A DNA stretch of 64,000 bases, from NCBI GenBank assembly GCA_030599585.1, contig JAUVNS010000003.1, positions 128,001-192,000 on the forward strand. Direction: 5' to 3'. Position numbers and translations under genes: made by a program. The notes below the pieces were generated by a model. That model had not been told where the DNA came from. It saw only the letters and a list, made by a program, of their open reading frames with translations, and searched no databases. Below are positions 1 through 10,985 of the stretch, piece after piece (within the stretch, counting starts at the first letter, position 1; each line of letters starts with the position of its first letter). The stretch is from Promethearchaeota archaeon. Its GTDB lineage: Archaea; Asgardarchaeota; Lokiarchaeia; Sigyniarchaeales; SOKP01.

Positions 1-942
1 TATATGACCATATTTGTTTGTGAGCCAAAAGAATAAAGGCAATGGCAGAAGTCCCGCTAAGACATAAGGTATTGCTATAAATGATGCTATTCCCGCTTCC
101 ATATTCAACACAAATTGAACGTAGAATAACATAGAAGGTAGGAATAATGAAACAAAAACAGCATTACCAATAGAAAAGGCAATGTATCCAATAAAATTCT
201 TACTTTTAAATCCAATTTTCATAGATTTAAAAAAGTCTTTAAAAAAAGGTTCTTCGTTTTGAGATTTTTGAGTGTTTATAGCGCGGTCAATCATCTTTCT
301 ACTCTCTCTCACTCCCGGAATTGATAAAAGAATGAAAATTAAAGCAATTATACAGAAAATAATTGTTCCAGTTAAATAAGAACTTGGGTTTCCAAAGACT
401 ATAAACATTGGCAAAACTAAAGCAGCAATAGCTCCTCCAAGAGTTGCAAATACAGCTGAATATGTGGCAACTGATGTCCGGTTTTTATCTGAGCGAAATT
501 TATCAGACGCTAAAGCGTAATATGAAACAGTCCAGAAAGAGTTTAAACCATCAAACACTAATAAAGCAATTAAAAACCATAAGAATATACCTATAGTCCC
601 TACTATATTTATATCGGGTGGAGCAAACAAAAAAGGTAAAGCAAAACAGATTGGAATCGATGAGATTATAATCCACGGAAATCTTTTTCCCCATCTCTTT
701 GTAAATCGCGTTATTCTGTCAGTAACACTGCCAGCAATTAAATCGTTAAAAGCATCCCAAAGAGTATATATGGTAATAGCGATTAACATGAAAATAACTG
801 GAAGCCCAATCTCAACTTCATAGAATATTGGAAGTTGTATGAAAAGAATATTTTGCAACAATATAATAGCAAAACTGGTTAGAGAAAAAGATACAATTAT
901 TTTGCCAGAATAACTCCTCTCGTTTTTTTCTTCTTCACTCAT
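1..942 (-). CDS. MFS transporter, GPH/MelB-like (MFS_2); runs off the window start
   Basis: Not in the ORF track. Manual translation from ATG at 942: MSEEEKNERSYSGKIIVSFSL...IYTLWDAFNDLIAGSVTDRITRFTKRWGKRFPWI, which carries the GPH-family D-A-x-N-D-x3-G-x2-D...GR/KRxPW motif. Hydrophobic helices follow. Confidence 0.85.
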   Translation of the reverse strand, partial: MSEEEKNERSYSGKIIVSFSLTSFAIILLQNILFIQLPIFYEVEIGLPVIFMLIAITIYTLWDAFNDLIAGSVTDRITRFTKRWGKRFPWIIISSIPICFALPFLFAPPDINIVGTIGIFLWFLIALLVFDGLNSFWTVSYYALASDKFRSDKNRTSVATYSAVFATLGGAIAALVLPMFIVFGNPSSYLTGTIIFCIIALIFILLSIPGVRESRKMIDRAINTQKSQNEEPFFKDFFKSMKIGFKSKNFIGYIAFSIGNAVFVSLFLPSMLFYVQFVLNMEAGIASFIAIPYVLAGLLPLPLFFWLTNKYGHI

Positions 943-1236
943 TAAAATTCAACTCGTTAATTTCTTTAAGTTTTTTTATTTTTGATTAAATTTTTTTTCA
1001 AAATTTCTATAATGAAAAATTTATTATTAAAAAAATATTCAAGTTAATATTTAACATTTTCTTAATTTTCATATGCAGAACCCATTGTTATGTGCGAAAT
1101 CAATTATAAAATTGAACAAAAAAACAAATCATAGGCATAATTTTATAAATTATAAAAAAACAAATAATCATAATATTTTATTATTTTTTTATGAGTTAGT
1201 TTGTCGAAATTAATTTAAGTTTTTCAATCATCGTTT

Positions 1237-2430
1237 ATGAATGTCATTAATGTTATTAAAAGCGTAAATAAAGAACTATTATATGAGCATATTCTTAGAT
1301 TGGAAGGCACGAAAAATCCAATAGAAACCCCAGATAAATTAGATGAAGCAGCAGATTATATTTTAAACAAATTTAAAGAATACGGGTTACTAATTACTGA
1401 GCATCATTTTAAAATAGAAGGCTCTGATAGAATATTTAGAAATATTGAAGGTTTTATCGGAAATGAAGATTGCTCCGAATTTCTAATCAATTCTCACTAT
1501 GATACTGTTATAAATAGTCCTGGGGCAAATGATAATGGCACGGGAATAGCTGTAATGTTAGAAGCTGCAAGAATTATAACAAAAGAACGTAAGGATAAAA
1601 ATATACGATTTATCTGTTTTTCTTTAGAAGAATCTAATCCTGTAATTGAATTAAAACGTCTCAAAATTGCACAAAAATACCAATTAATAGATAAAAAATA
1701 TAGACCAGTATCGTTAAGAGCTGCCAATTTAATTAAAAGACATCGTACAATATATCGCAATCTTATGGATAAAGGATTAATTTTACCCGACGCTTTAAAG
1801 GAAGCATTGAATGCACTCAAAAGCGAATTAAAGCCTAATGAATTTAATTACTTCCGAGATCTTATCAATATCTACGATATCGTCGATTCTTTTACTGCTA
1901 TGGGAAAAACGGGATCAATGGGAAGTAGTGCTTGGGTTGCTACAAATTTCAAATCTATCAAAAAAATTAATGCCTTAATTAATTTAGATTCAGTAGGGTA
2001 CACTTCAAATCAAAAAAATTCACAACAAATGCCTTATGGTTTAAAATTTAAATCATTTCCTAATTATAAAATCAATGAAAAGGACTCTATAGGGGATTTT
2101 TTAGCAGTAATCGGAGATAATAATTCAAAGAACCTCGCTAATGCATTCTGTAGTCAATGTAGGCTTCCTTCTATCGATTTAAGCTATGTAAACATTCAAC
2201 CAGCTCTGAGTTTTGATCAAATAGCAAAAAACCTTAATATGTTATTGTGGGCCGACCATGCTCCGTTTTGGAAAAATAATGTCCCCGCAATTTTTTTAAC
2301 TGATACTGGAGATCTTCGAACTCCTTACGAGCATACTCCCGCAGATACTATAGATACACTAAATTTTGATTTTTTAGAGAAGGTTACTAAAGCCACGATA
2401 ACTACTATCACCGATATTATAGAAAAATAA
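1237..2430 (+). CDS. M28 family metallopeptidase
   Basis: SHYDT, PGANDNGTG, LEE, NLDSVG, DHAPFW and YEHTPADT motifs. Confidence 0.88.
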   Translation: MNVINVIKSVNKELLYEHILRLEGTKNPIETPDKLDEAADYILNKFKEYGLLITEHHFKIEGSDRIFRNIEGFIGNEDCSEFLINSHYDTVINSPGANDNGTGIAVMLEAARIITKERKDKNIRFICFSLEESNPVIELKRLKIAQKYQLIDKKYRPVSLRAANLIKRHRTIYRNLMDKGLILPDALKEALNALKSELKPNEFNYFRDLINIYDIVDSFTAMGKTGSMGSSAWVATNFKSIKKINALINLDSVGYTSNQKNSQQMPYGLKFKSFPNYKINEKDSIGDFLAVIGDNNSKNLANAFCSQCRLPSIDLSYVNIQPALSFDQIAKNLNMLLWADHAPFWKNNVPAIFLTDTGDLRTPYEHTPADTIDTLNFDFLEKVTKATITTITDIIEK

Positions 2431-2449
2431 AAGATTATTAAAAATAAAA

Positions 2450-4789
2450 TTGGTTAGTGAAAATAATATGAAAGCAATGTCGAATAAAGTTTATGAACGG
2501 GCTGAAAAATTCATTCCATGGAATATTTTTCGTTATATTTATAATAACGAAGCATTTCCATATTGGATTGGAGATCTTGATAGCTTTTGGTATTTAAAAT
2601 GTTCTCGAGATGGGAATAAATTCATCTTTGTAGATGCTAAGCAAAATACAGTTAAACCAGCATTTGATCACGCTAAACTTGCAGAAAACTTATCTAAAGT
2701 GACACATAAAGCTATAGAACCAAATGAAATACCATTTAGAAGCATTGAATACTCTAACGATTTTAAATCAATTAAATTTGATGCTTTTTATACAAAGTGG
2801 ATTTGTGACTTAGATTCTTATAAATGCATAAAGGAAAAACGAGGTAGCTTCATCTCTAAGAATGCGATTATATCACCAAATAAAAATTATGTTGTTTTTA
2901 AGAAGGGTCACAATATCTTTATACGTACCTTAACTGATCGGACGAAATATGCATTAACCGATGATGGAAAACCAAACTACGAATATGGAAGCTCCACAGA
3001 ATGGAATGGTGCTGAAGTATCAGATCGAATAATGGGGCTCAGTAACCCTCCGATTGCGATGTGGTCACCTGACTCAAAAAAAATAATCGTTCATAAGCTC
3101 GATCAAAGAGATGTAAAAGATTTCTACCTACTTCAATCAATACCAAATGATGGGAGTTCACGACCTAAACTTTACTCTTACAAATATCCGTTACCAGGTG
3201 ATAAACACACAGGTACGGCTGAACTAGTCATCTTAGATGTAGAGAATAAAAAAAAGATAGTTGCAGATTATGGGGCTGTATCAGTTCACCTTCGCACTCC
3301 TATTGAAGAAGATCACGTTTGGTGGAGTGAAGATAGTAAATATGTATATTTCATTGACCTTGAATGTGGTTATAAAAAAATGAAGTTATGTGAAGTGGAT
3401 GCGAATACAGGATCTACTCGAGTAATTATTGAAGAAGAGAGCTCGACATTTATTAGTCCTGTCATTATGCTACAGGCAGATCGCAAACCCAACATAAAAA
3501 TCGTGAATGAAGGTAACGAGTTAATTTGGTTCTCAGAAAGAGATGGATGGGCACACCTTTATCTTTACGATGCGAAAACCGGAATTTTAAAAAACCAAAT
3601 TACTTCAGGCGAATGGGTTGTACAAAATATAAAGCACATAGATGAAAAAAAGCGTAGGATCTTCTTTACTGCTGGAGGTAAAGAAGTAGACAGTGATCCA
3701 TATCTAAGTAAACTTTATTGTATTAATTTTGATGGCAAAAATATGAAATTGCTTACTCCAGAAGATGCTAACCATTTCATTAAATTTTCAGGTACAGGTA
3801 ATTATTTTGTTGATGTTTACTCAAAAATTAATACAACTCCAAAGATGGTGCTTCGCGACGCTGATGGACAATTAATTTGTGAAGTAGATGAAGCCAATAT
3901 TGAAGAACTTCTTAATAGGGGGTGGATATTGCCTGAACCCGTTAAAATTAAAGCCCGAGATGGAAAAACGGATATATATGGTAGCATCTTTAGACCAACA
4001 AACTTTAACCCAGCATTAAAATATCCTGTTATTAATGTGGTTTATCCTAACCCTTATGTTATTTTTACATCTAAATCATTACCTTCACATTTCGACCCAA
4101 GTGGAATGTTACTTTATTGGGAATTGCAAGCTCTTGCCGAAGTAGGATTTATCGTAATTACAATTGATGGTTTTGGAACACCATTAAGATCAAAAAGATT
4201 TCATGATTATTCATATGGTAATCTTGGAGATTGTGGCTTAGAAGATAATATTTCTGCTATTAAACAGTTGGCAAATCAATATTCTTATATCGACTTGGAA
4301 CGAATAGGAATATACGGGCATTCTGGGGGAGGGTATGCCTCCGCTAGAGCTATACTTAAATACCCTGATTTTTATAAAGTAGCAGTGGCCTCTGCTGGAA
4401 ACCACGATCAACTAAGTTACATGGCAGATTGGGGTGAACACTTTCAAGGTATGCTGGAAGGAGATAATTACAAGAATCAGGCTAATTCTGAGTTAGCTAA
4501 AAATTTGAAAGGAAAATTACTGCTTGTGTATGGTGAATTAGATGACAATGTCCATCCTTGTATGACAATCCAGTTAATAAACGCTTTAACTAAAGCCAAT
4601 AAAGATTATGACCTTGTAATTCTACCAAATCGAAATCATACTTTAGTTATTGACCCTTATTTTATTCGAAAAAGATGGGATTATTTCGTGCAACACTTAT
4701 TAAACCAAGTTCCACCCTCAGAATACGAAGTAAAAGGAATTGATCCTGAACTCTTAACTCGATTAATGTATTACACCGTAATTAAATAA
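2450..4789 (+). CDS. S9B dipeptidyl peptidase IV-like protein
   Basis: DPPIV beta-propeller (WSPDSKK, SERDGWAHLY), nucleophile GHSGGG, DDNVH and NRNH catalytic Asp/His. Confidence 0.92.
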   Translation: MVSENNMKAMSNKVYERAEKFIPWNIFRYIYNNEAFPYWIGDLDSFWYLKCSRDGNKFIFVDAKQNTVKPAFDHAKLAENLSKVTHKAIEPNEIPFRSIEYSNDFKSIKFDAFYTKWICDLDSYKCIKEKRGSFISKNAIISPNKNYVVFKKGHNIFIRTLTDRTKYALTDDGKPNYEYGSSTEWNGAEVSDRIMGLSNPPIAMWSPDSKKIIVHKLDQRDVKDFYLLQSIPNDGSSRPKLYSYKYPLPGDKHTGTAELVILDVENKKKIVADYGAVSVHLRTPIEEDHVWWSEDSKYVYFIDLECGYKKMKLCEVDANTGSTRVIIEEESSTFISPVIMLQADRKPNIKIVNEGNELIWFSERDGWAHLYLYDAKTGILKNQITSGEWVVQNIKHIDEKKRRIFFTAGGKEVDSDPYLSKLYCINFDGKNMKLLTPEDANHFIKFSGTGNYFVDVYSKINTTPKMVLRDADGQLICEVDEANIEELLNRGWILPEPVKIKARDGKTDIYGSIFRPTNFNPALKYPVINVVYPNPYVIFTSKSLPSHFDPSGMLLYWELQALAEVGFIVITIDGFGTPLRSKRFHDYSYGNLGDCGLEDNISAIKQLANQYSYIDLERIGIYGHSGGGYASARAILKYPDFYKVAVASAGNHDQLSYMADWGEHFQGMLEGDNYKNQANSELAKNLKGKLLLVYGELDDNVHPCMTIQLINALTKANKDYDLVILPNRNHTLVIDPYFIRKRWDYFVQHLLNQVPPSEYEVKGIDPELLTRLMYYTVIK

Positions 4790-4805
4790 ATTAATAAGAA
4801 TAAAA

Positions 4806-5918
4806 GTGAGAAAAATCATGAACTTAGATTTACCTTCGAAAGAAGCAAAATTAATAGTAGATTATAGTGTTAGTGTTCAAAAGGGAGAAACAGTTGTAAT
4901 TTGGGGCTCTACAGAATCAATTCCATTAGTAAAAGAATTATATAGAGAGGTTATTAAAGCAGGTGGACATCCAATTACCAAGTTAGATGTTCCTGGTTTA
5001 CCATATATCATGTACTCTGAGGGAAAAAGTTTTCAATTAAGACATCCTAATCCTCTGCTTTTATATTTAGTTAAAAATGTTGATGTTGCAATAAGAATAC
5101 GTGCACCTTCTAACCCTGAAGAAATATCTAATATCGACACTAAGAAGACATCAAAATATTCGAGATCATTCGCTGAATTCTATCAAACTTTTTTCCAACG
5201 CCAGGCAACCGGGGCACTAAAATGGATAGTGGCACCATACCCTACCGAAGGGGCTGCACAACATGCAAAAATGAGCTATGAAGAATACTGGAATCTGGTT
5301 GAAAAGTCTCTTTTTCTAGACAAAATTGATCCTATCGGAGAATGGAAAGAATTATCTCGTAAACAACAAATTTATTGTGACTTTTTAGACAATGCAGATA
5401 AGATAAGGATAAAAAATAAGGGTACTGATTTGGAATTTTCTGTAAAAGGAAGAAAATGGTTAAATTTTGATGGAAAAAAAGATCTCCCCGATGGAGAGAT
5501 ATTCACAGGACCAATTGAAGATTCTGCTAATGGATATATAACTTTTTCATTTCCTGGAGTTTATCAGGGACAAACTTTAGAAAAAATTTATCTAAAATTT
5601 AAAAACGGACAAGTAATTGAAGCTAAAACTTCTACTAATCAAAATCTGCTAGACGAAATTTTAAGAATACCCGGTTCTGATCGTATTGGTGAATTTGGAA
5701 TAGGTACTAATCCAACCATGGATAAGTATATAAAAAACATCTTATTTGATGAAAAAATTGCTGGTACTATCCACTTAGCATTAGGATTAGGTTACCCCGA
5801 CACAGGAAGCAAAAATAAGGGTGAGATACATTGGGATATTCTTACTGATATGCGGGATGAGGGAGAAATCTATTCGGATGGTAAATTAATTTACCAAAAA
5901 GGAGTTTTTTTGATTTAG
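4806..5918 (+). CDS. M29 aminopeptidase (aminopeptidase T/II type)
   Basis: LPDGEIFTGP, GEFGIGTN, LFDEKIAGTIHLALG and IHWDI motifs. Confidence 0.92.
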   Translation: MRKIMNLDLPSKEAKLIVDYSVSVQKGETVVIWGSTESIPLVKELYREVIKAGGHPITKLDVPGLPYIMYSEGKSFQLRHPNPLLLYLVKNVDVAIRIRAPSNPEEISNIDTKKTSKYSRSFAEFYQTFFQRQATGALKWIVAPYPTEGAAQHAKMSYEEYWNLVEKSLFLDKIDPIGEWKELSRKQQIYCDFLDNADKIRIKNKGTDLEFSVKGRKWLNFDGKKDLPDGEIFTGPIEDSANGYITFSFPGVYQGQTLEKIYLKFKNGQVIEAKTSTNQNLLDEILRIPGSDRIGEFGIGTNPTMDKYIKNILFDEKIAGTIHLALGLGYPDTGSKNKGEIHWDILTDMRDEGEIYSDGKLIYQKGVFLI

Positions 5919-6020
5919 ATAAATTAAAGAATTAAATTTTAAGAAATAAATCTTATCGTAAATTTAATAATAGAAAAATTCTGAAGTTATTATATTAATA
6001 TAAAATCAATACACAATAAG

Positions 6021-7634
6021 TTGACGATAATGGAAATACCAAAATTAGATTATTTATGGCAACATGTTCACCACTGGGCTTCTATCGACCCTGATTTTCC
6101 ATATATTAGGTTTAAATGGAAAAAATATAACGCTAAACAATTTGCTGAAACAATTGATCATTTAGCAGAAGCTTTTTTAAGTTTAGGGGTTGAAAAAGGA
6201 GATACAATCGTCACTATTTTACCTATGATAATGGAATATCCATTGATATATTTAGCGGCTAACTCTATTGGTGCTATGTGTGTTCCGATGGATGTAAAAT
6301 TCAGACCTGCTGAATATCGTCGATTTATTCCTCATGTAAATCCAAAACTTGTGGTTTTAATAGGAAAAGCGAGAGGATATGATATCGCCAATACCATTCA
6401 AGAGCTCAATCCCGGATTTAATCCTAATATAAAATACTTCTTGATAGGAAGAGACGAATTTGGAACACCCTTTGATAGTTTGTTAGAAAAAGACTATGGA
6501 TTATCTGAAGAATTAAAACAAAGAAGAAAGGAATTAAATCCTGATGAAGGCGCTCTTATCATTTTCACAGGAGGAACAACAGGAGTACCGAAAGCAGCAA
6601 TGTTAACCCATAGAAATATTGCACACGCAAGCTACTTAGAAGCAACTTATATCCATGAAAAAGGAATTCCTTTAGGATTAAGACCCAGATTTAAAATGAT
6701 AAACGCATTTCCTCCAAGCCACGCAGGTGGTTCAGTTGAAATTATGGGTACTGCTATAGTTGCGGGATGTGAGATTGTACTCCAAGAACAATGGAATCCC
6801 TATAATATATTGAGAGCAACAAGGAAGTGGAAGTTGCAATTGATAGGTGGAGTGCCAACTATGTATGCTATCACATTAAGCTTGCCAGATTTAGATGAGT
6901 TTGACACTTCTTCGCTTATACTAGCAATTGTAAGCGGAGAGAAACTAAGTATGGATTTACTGACTGGAATGCGAGATAAAATTTGTCCTAATATTCTCAA
7001 TGCATATGGAAGTACTGAATCTGGCCCTGAAGTAACGTTTACAGATATAGGGGATCCTTTAGAAGAATTAGCAAATGGTTACATCGGTCGTTTATTACCA
7101 GAACAAGAAATGAAAATTGTAGATAAAGAAAATAATGAATTACTCCCTGGTGAGATCGGTGAAATGTTATTTAAAGGGACCTTAACTATTCCTGGATATT
7201 ATAAGATGCCAGAAGAGAATAAAGCAACTTTTACTAAGGATGGATGGTGTAGATCTGGAGATCTAGGCTATATTACTAAAGATGGGAAAATCTATATTAA
7301 GGGTAGGTTGAAATTTATCATCCGTGTTGGTAGTTATACCGTTCTCCCCTCTGAAGTTGAAAGCGTAGTGTTAGAGCACCCTAAAGTTGCCATGGCAGCA
7401 GCAGTAGGAGTACCTGACAAGATTTACAATGAAGTAGTGTGGATTGCAATAGTTCCTGAAGCAGGTCAAGATGTTGATGAAAAGGAAATTATTGAGTTAT
7501 GCAATAAAGAGCTCGCTAATTTTAAAGTTCCAAAAAAAGTCGTAATTATGAAAGAATTACCAATTACTAGACTTGCTAAAGTTGATAGACCAACGATTCT
7601 GCAGCAGTTTATAGAGAAATATAACTTAAAGTAG
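6021..7634 (+). CDS. Class I adenylate-forming enzyme (acyl-CoA ligase)
   Basis: FTGGTTGVPK P-loop, YGSTE, GDLG, GRLK and FKVPK; the true start may be the ATG at 6030. Confidence 0.9.
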   Translation: MTIMEIPKLDYLWQHVHHWASIDPDFPYIRFKWKKYNAKQFAETIDHLAEAFLSLGVEKGDTIVTILPMIMEYPLIYLAANSIGAMCVPMDVKFRPAEYRRFIPHVNPKLVVLIGKARGYDIANTIQELNPGFNPNIKYFLIGRDEFGTPFDSLLEKDYGLSEELKQRRKELNPDEGALIIFTGGTTGVPKAAMLTHRNIAHASYLEATYIHEKGIPLGLRPRFKMINAFPPSHAGGSVEIMGTAIVAGCEIVLQEQWNPYNILRATRKWKLQLIGGVPTMYAITLSLPDLDEFDTSSLILAIVSGEKLSMDLLTGMRDKICPNILNAYGSTESGPEVTFTDIGDPLEELANGYIGRLLPEQEMKIVDKENNELLPGEIGEMLFKGTLTIPGYYKMPEENKATFTKDGWCRSGDLGYITKDGKIYIKGRLKFIIRVGSYTVLPSEVESVVLEHPKVAMAAAVGVPDKIYNEVVWIAIVPEAGQDVDEKEIIELCNKELANFKVPKKVVIMKELPITRLAKVDRPTILQQFIEKYNLK

Positions 7635-7651
7635 AATTTTATTGAAAGTGC

Positions 7652-8950
7652 TCAAGATTCTTCTAATTCAATAACCTTTTCTAATTTTTCTTTAATTATT
7701 ACCTGTTTGTCTTTTTCTAACTTACACTTTGTAACTTTCCAAAACCTATATTCGTGATTAAGATACGCGGGACATTTGTTTCTTATATCTTCAGGGCAAT
7801 CTGCTAGTTGCCAGCACTGAAATAATTTATGTGTGAAGTATTTATGAAATTTTTTAGGGAGCTTCTCGAAATCAAATTTGGTTTCTCTAAGATATTTATC
7901 TAAATCGTTCGAATTATAGGTGTTCCAAAATAGAATTTTTTTTGATTTATTTTCCTCTTTTTCCAGAAACTCTAGCATTGCAGCCATTGTCTTCCCGGTA
8001 TAAGTCGTTTCTAATTTGAAGCCTAGCTTTTTTCCCTCTTGTTCGTAAACTAAATCTACCGCTTTTTGTCCCTTAATTGTTTTAACGCCGTAATTAGAAC
8101 CTAAATATCCCTTAATCATATTAAAATCACCTATATTAACTTTGACATCCGGTATAGATTTATCTCTTTTTCTTAAATATTTAATGGATTTATTTGCGAT
8201 TTTGATTAGTTTTTTTGGGTTAACAACAATAGCCCTAGAAACATTTACTGGATACACTTTAGTTTTTAATCCTAAGAGCTTACAACCGGCTGTGAGACCT
8301 GCTGCTGTCCCAGTTGATCCTGCTGCTACAAAAATAATGTCTGGTTCAGGGAGAATCCCTTCATCAATTTGATTTTTTAACTCAAAAATAGCATTAACAA
8401 ATCCTATAGTTCCTAAATGCGTTCCAAATCCAAGGAGAGGTGATCCACCAATTGACATTAAATAATACTTCGGATGAAACAGTCTAAACAACAAGCTTTT
8501 GAGAACACCAAGTTCAAACATCTTAGTAAAGTGTAATTTTGCCCCAAAATAATGATATAAAAGAAGAGAACGCTGAACATGCCAAGATATAGGTTGAAGA
8601 GATAAAAATAATTCACATTTTAAATCCAGTTCTTTGGCTACAATTGCACAGGCAGCCCCATGATTTGTGCCAATGCCCCCTAAAGTTATTATACCCTTCT
8701 TTTTTTTCTTTAGAGCCTCCCCAAAAATAAATTCAAACTTTCTGAGTTTGTTGCCACCATATATTTTATGATCTTTGTCATCACGCTTAATATATATCTC
8801 GCCATCAGTTAAATTCAAGTAATTTTCTAATTCTGTTAACCTATCAACATCGGAAGGTACTCTCGTTAATATTGAGATCCAAGGAACTTTCCCCTCCAAA
8901 TTTGGAAATACTTCGAACAAAATTGGCTTTTTACTTTCCATAAGGATCAA
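7652..8950 (-). CDS. PLP-dependent D-cysteine desulfhydrase/ACC deaminase family protein with a Cys-rich C-terminal extension
   Basis: KRDD...GGNKLRKFEF, TNHG, GSTGT and ETTYTGK; tail CWQLADC...CPAY...FWKVTKC. Confidence 0.85.
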   Translation of the reverse strand: MILMESKKPILFEVFPNLEGKVPWISILTRVPSDVDRLTELENYLNLTDGEIYIKRDDKDHKIYGGNKLRKFEFIFGEALKKKKKGIITLGGIGTNHGAACAIVAKELDLKCELFLSLQPISWHVQRSLLLYHYFGAKLHFTKMFELGVLKSLLFRLFHPKYYLMSIGGSPLLGFGTHLGTIGFVNAIFELKNQIDEGILPEPDIIFVAAGSTGTAAGLTAGCKLLGLKTKVYPVNVSRAIVVNPKKLIKIANKSIKYLRKRDKSIPDVKVNIGDFNMIKGYLGSNYGVKTIKGQKAVDLVYEQEGKKLGFKLETTYTGKTMAAMLEFLEKEENKSKKILFWNTYNSNDLDKYLRETKFDFEKLPKKFHKYFTHKLFQCWQLADCPEDIRNKCPAYLNHEYRFWKVTKCKLEKDKQVIIKEKLEKVIELEES

Positions 8951-9074
8951 AAATTGTTATTACAAAAAAAAGCTTTTAAAATAGGAAAAGTTAATCAAAA
9001 ATTTTTAAATAATTCTTTCAAATAAGATATCATTGAAATTAGATTTTTAAGACTTTTATTAAGGTTTATTAGAA

Positions 9075-10274
9075 ATGGATTTTGCGATTAAAGATTATTC
9101 TTTATTGGATGATATCGGACCTGAAAAAATTATAATATTAAATAACCCTTCATCAGACCTAAACGCTGCTTTGGTTATAGATAATTCTGTGTATGGGATT
9201 CCCGCTGGTGGTGTAAGACTTGCTCCCGATATCTCTCTTGACGAGATGATTCGATTATCACGAGCAATGTCGCTGAAATTTTGCGCTTATAGATTAAAAC
9301 TTGGGGGTGCTAAAGCTGGTATAAGGGGTGATCCCCGTGATAAAGAGAAAAAAGAAATGTTACTAACAAGTTTTGCAAAAGCAACAGAGGCTTTTATTAA
9401 AAATGACATGTATTATCCTGGTCCAGATATGGGAACTGATGACGATGATCTTTTAAAAATATTTAGTGTAATGGGCGTTCCGAACTTGGCACCAAAAACA
9501 ATTGGGATGGTAAAGCTTGGAGTACCTGTTGAAGAACTATTTACAGGTTATGGTGTAATATATTGCTTAGAAGTAATCTATAATAATTTAGAGAAGCTTA
9601 CTAAGAAAAAGTATGATACATCTAAAAAGCCGAAAATTATATTGGAGGGCTTTGGTAAAGTAGGGACTGCTATTGCAATGAGCTTAAAAGAGTTAGGTTT
9701 TACCCTAACTGGTGTTTCAACAATAAAAGGTGCTATTTTTGATGAGGATGGCCTGGATATTGAAGAATTAATAAAATTAAAGTTAGCATACGGAGACGAT
9801 TTAATCAACCAATATAATAGTAAAAATCTCATACGAATTCCGAAAGAAAAACTCTTCGAATTGTCGTCTGAGTACCCCACAGATTTTATCATACCAGGAG
9901 CTCGACCCGATGTAATTAATAAAAAGAATGTTGATAAGATCAACGCAATAGCCTTGGTTCCTGCTGCAAATATACCATACGAGAAGGGTTCTACTGATAT
10001 TTTAGAAGAGAAAGGAATCATAGCATTCCCCGATTTCATAGCAAATGCGGGCGAAGTTCTCGCAATCTTAGTTAATAAAGTTGCCAAAAACGCTGAGGAA
10101 ATATTTGAATATATTAAATCGAAAATTTCAGGAAAAACATTTGAAGTGATTCAAGGTGCTGCGGAAAAAAAAATTTCATCGTATGATTATGCTGTTGCTG
10201 ATTCGCTACATGAACTAACAAAAAAAATTAAACGTCAAACAAACTCACTCGAAAAATTGAACAGAAGATACTAA
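9075..10274 (+). CDS. Glu/Leu/Phe/Val dehydrogenase
   Basis: GGVR, MSLKF, GGAKAG, PGPDMGT, GFGKVG and PDFIANAG. Confidence 0.88.
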   Translation: MDFAIKDYSLLDDIGPEKIIILNNPSSDLNAALVIDNSVYGIPAGGVRLAPDISLDEMIRLSRAMSLKFCAYRLKLGGAKAGIRGDPRDKEKKEMLLTSFAKATEAFIKNDMYYPGPDMGTDDDDLLKIFSVMGVPNLAPKTIGMVKLGVPVEELFTGYGVIYCLEVIYNNLEKLTKKKYDTSKKPKIILEGFGKVGTAIAMSLKELGFTLTGVSTIKGAIFDEDGLDIEELIKLKLAYGDDLINQYNSKNLIRIPKEKLFELSSEYPTDFIIPGARPDVINKKNVDKINAIALVPAANIPYEKGSTDILEEKGIIAFPDFIANAGEVLAILVNKVAKNAEEIFEYIKSKISGKTFEVIQGAAEKKISSYDYAVADSLHELTKKIKRQTNSLEKLNRRY

Positions 10275-10433
10275 ATTTCGATTTATTTCAACTTTATTAA
10301 ACATTTATATATTTTCCAACCAAGAAATAAAGTAATTTAAAATTTTATTAAAAAAACTCTTAATAATTAAAAAATTAGACAAATTTGTGAAATATATATG
10401 AAATGTTAATTGGTAGGGAATAATTATAATTAG

Positions 10434-10985
10434 TTATTGAGAAGAGATATAACTATTATTTAATTCTAATAGCCAATACCAGCCTAACTTTTCTAAAGAA
10501 TCAATAAATTCATTCGAACTTATTTTATTAACATCACAGAGATCAAACATAAATTCCTCAAAAAAATTATGAAGATAATCATTAACAGGATTTTCTAATC
10601 TTTCAAAATCAGTGCTTGGATTTAAGAAAAAAGTTACAGTGAATTTTTCAAAATAAAATATGATATGTAGTTTAATATTTGACCCATTTATTTCAATTCT
10701 GGGTAAATCCCGAACATTTAAAGCCTCCGAATATAATTTTAATGCACTAGTAAACATGGGAATTAGATCTAATTCAAAAGAATCACCATTCTCATTATCT
10801 TTATGCAAAAATTGTTTGATTGCATTATTAAATATTTCAAATGTAGCAATACTGATACCATTCTTTTTAGAAATCAAGCATCCTATGACCGGAGGTATTT
10901 GATCCACTTCCAACTCCTCTATCCTGTTATCTAAATAAGTGTCCATTAAATAATACGAAGATTTTGATATAACCAAAAAACACAC
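10434..10985 (-). CDS. Hypothetical protein, probable longin/roadblock-like fold
   Basis: Pattern of beta-beta (GCLISKKNGISI), helix (LIPMFTSALKLYSEAL), beta x3 and helix, resembling 24510..24890; the start may be a downstream ATG. Confidence 0.5.
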   Translation of the reverse strand: MCFLVISKSSYYLMDTYLDNRIEELEVDQIPPVIGCLISKKNGISIATFEIFNNAIKQFLHKDNENGDSFELDLIPMFTSALKLYSEALNVRDLPRIEINGSNIKLHIIFYFEKFTVTFFLNPSTDFERLENPVNDYLHNFFEEFMFDLCDVNKISSNEFIDSLEKLGWYWLLELNNSYISSQ

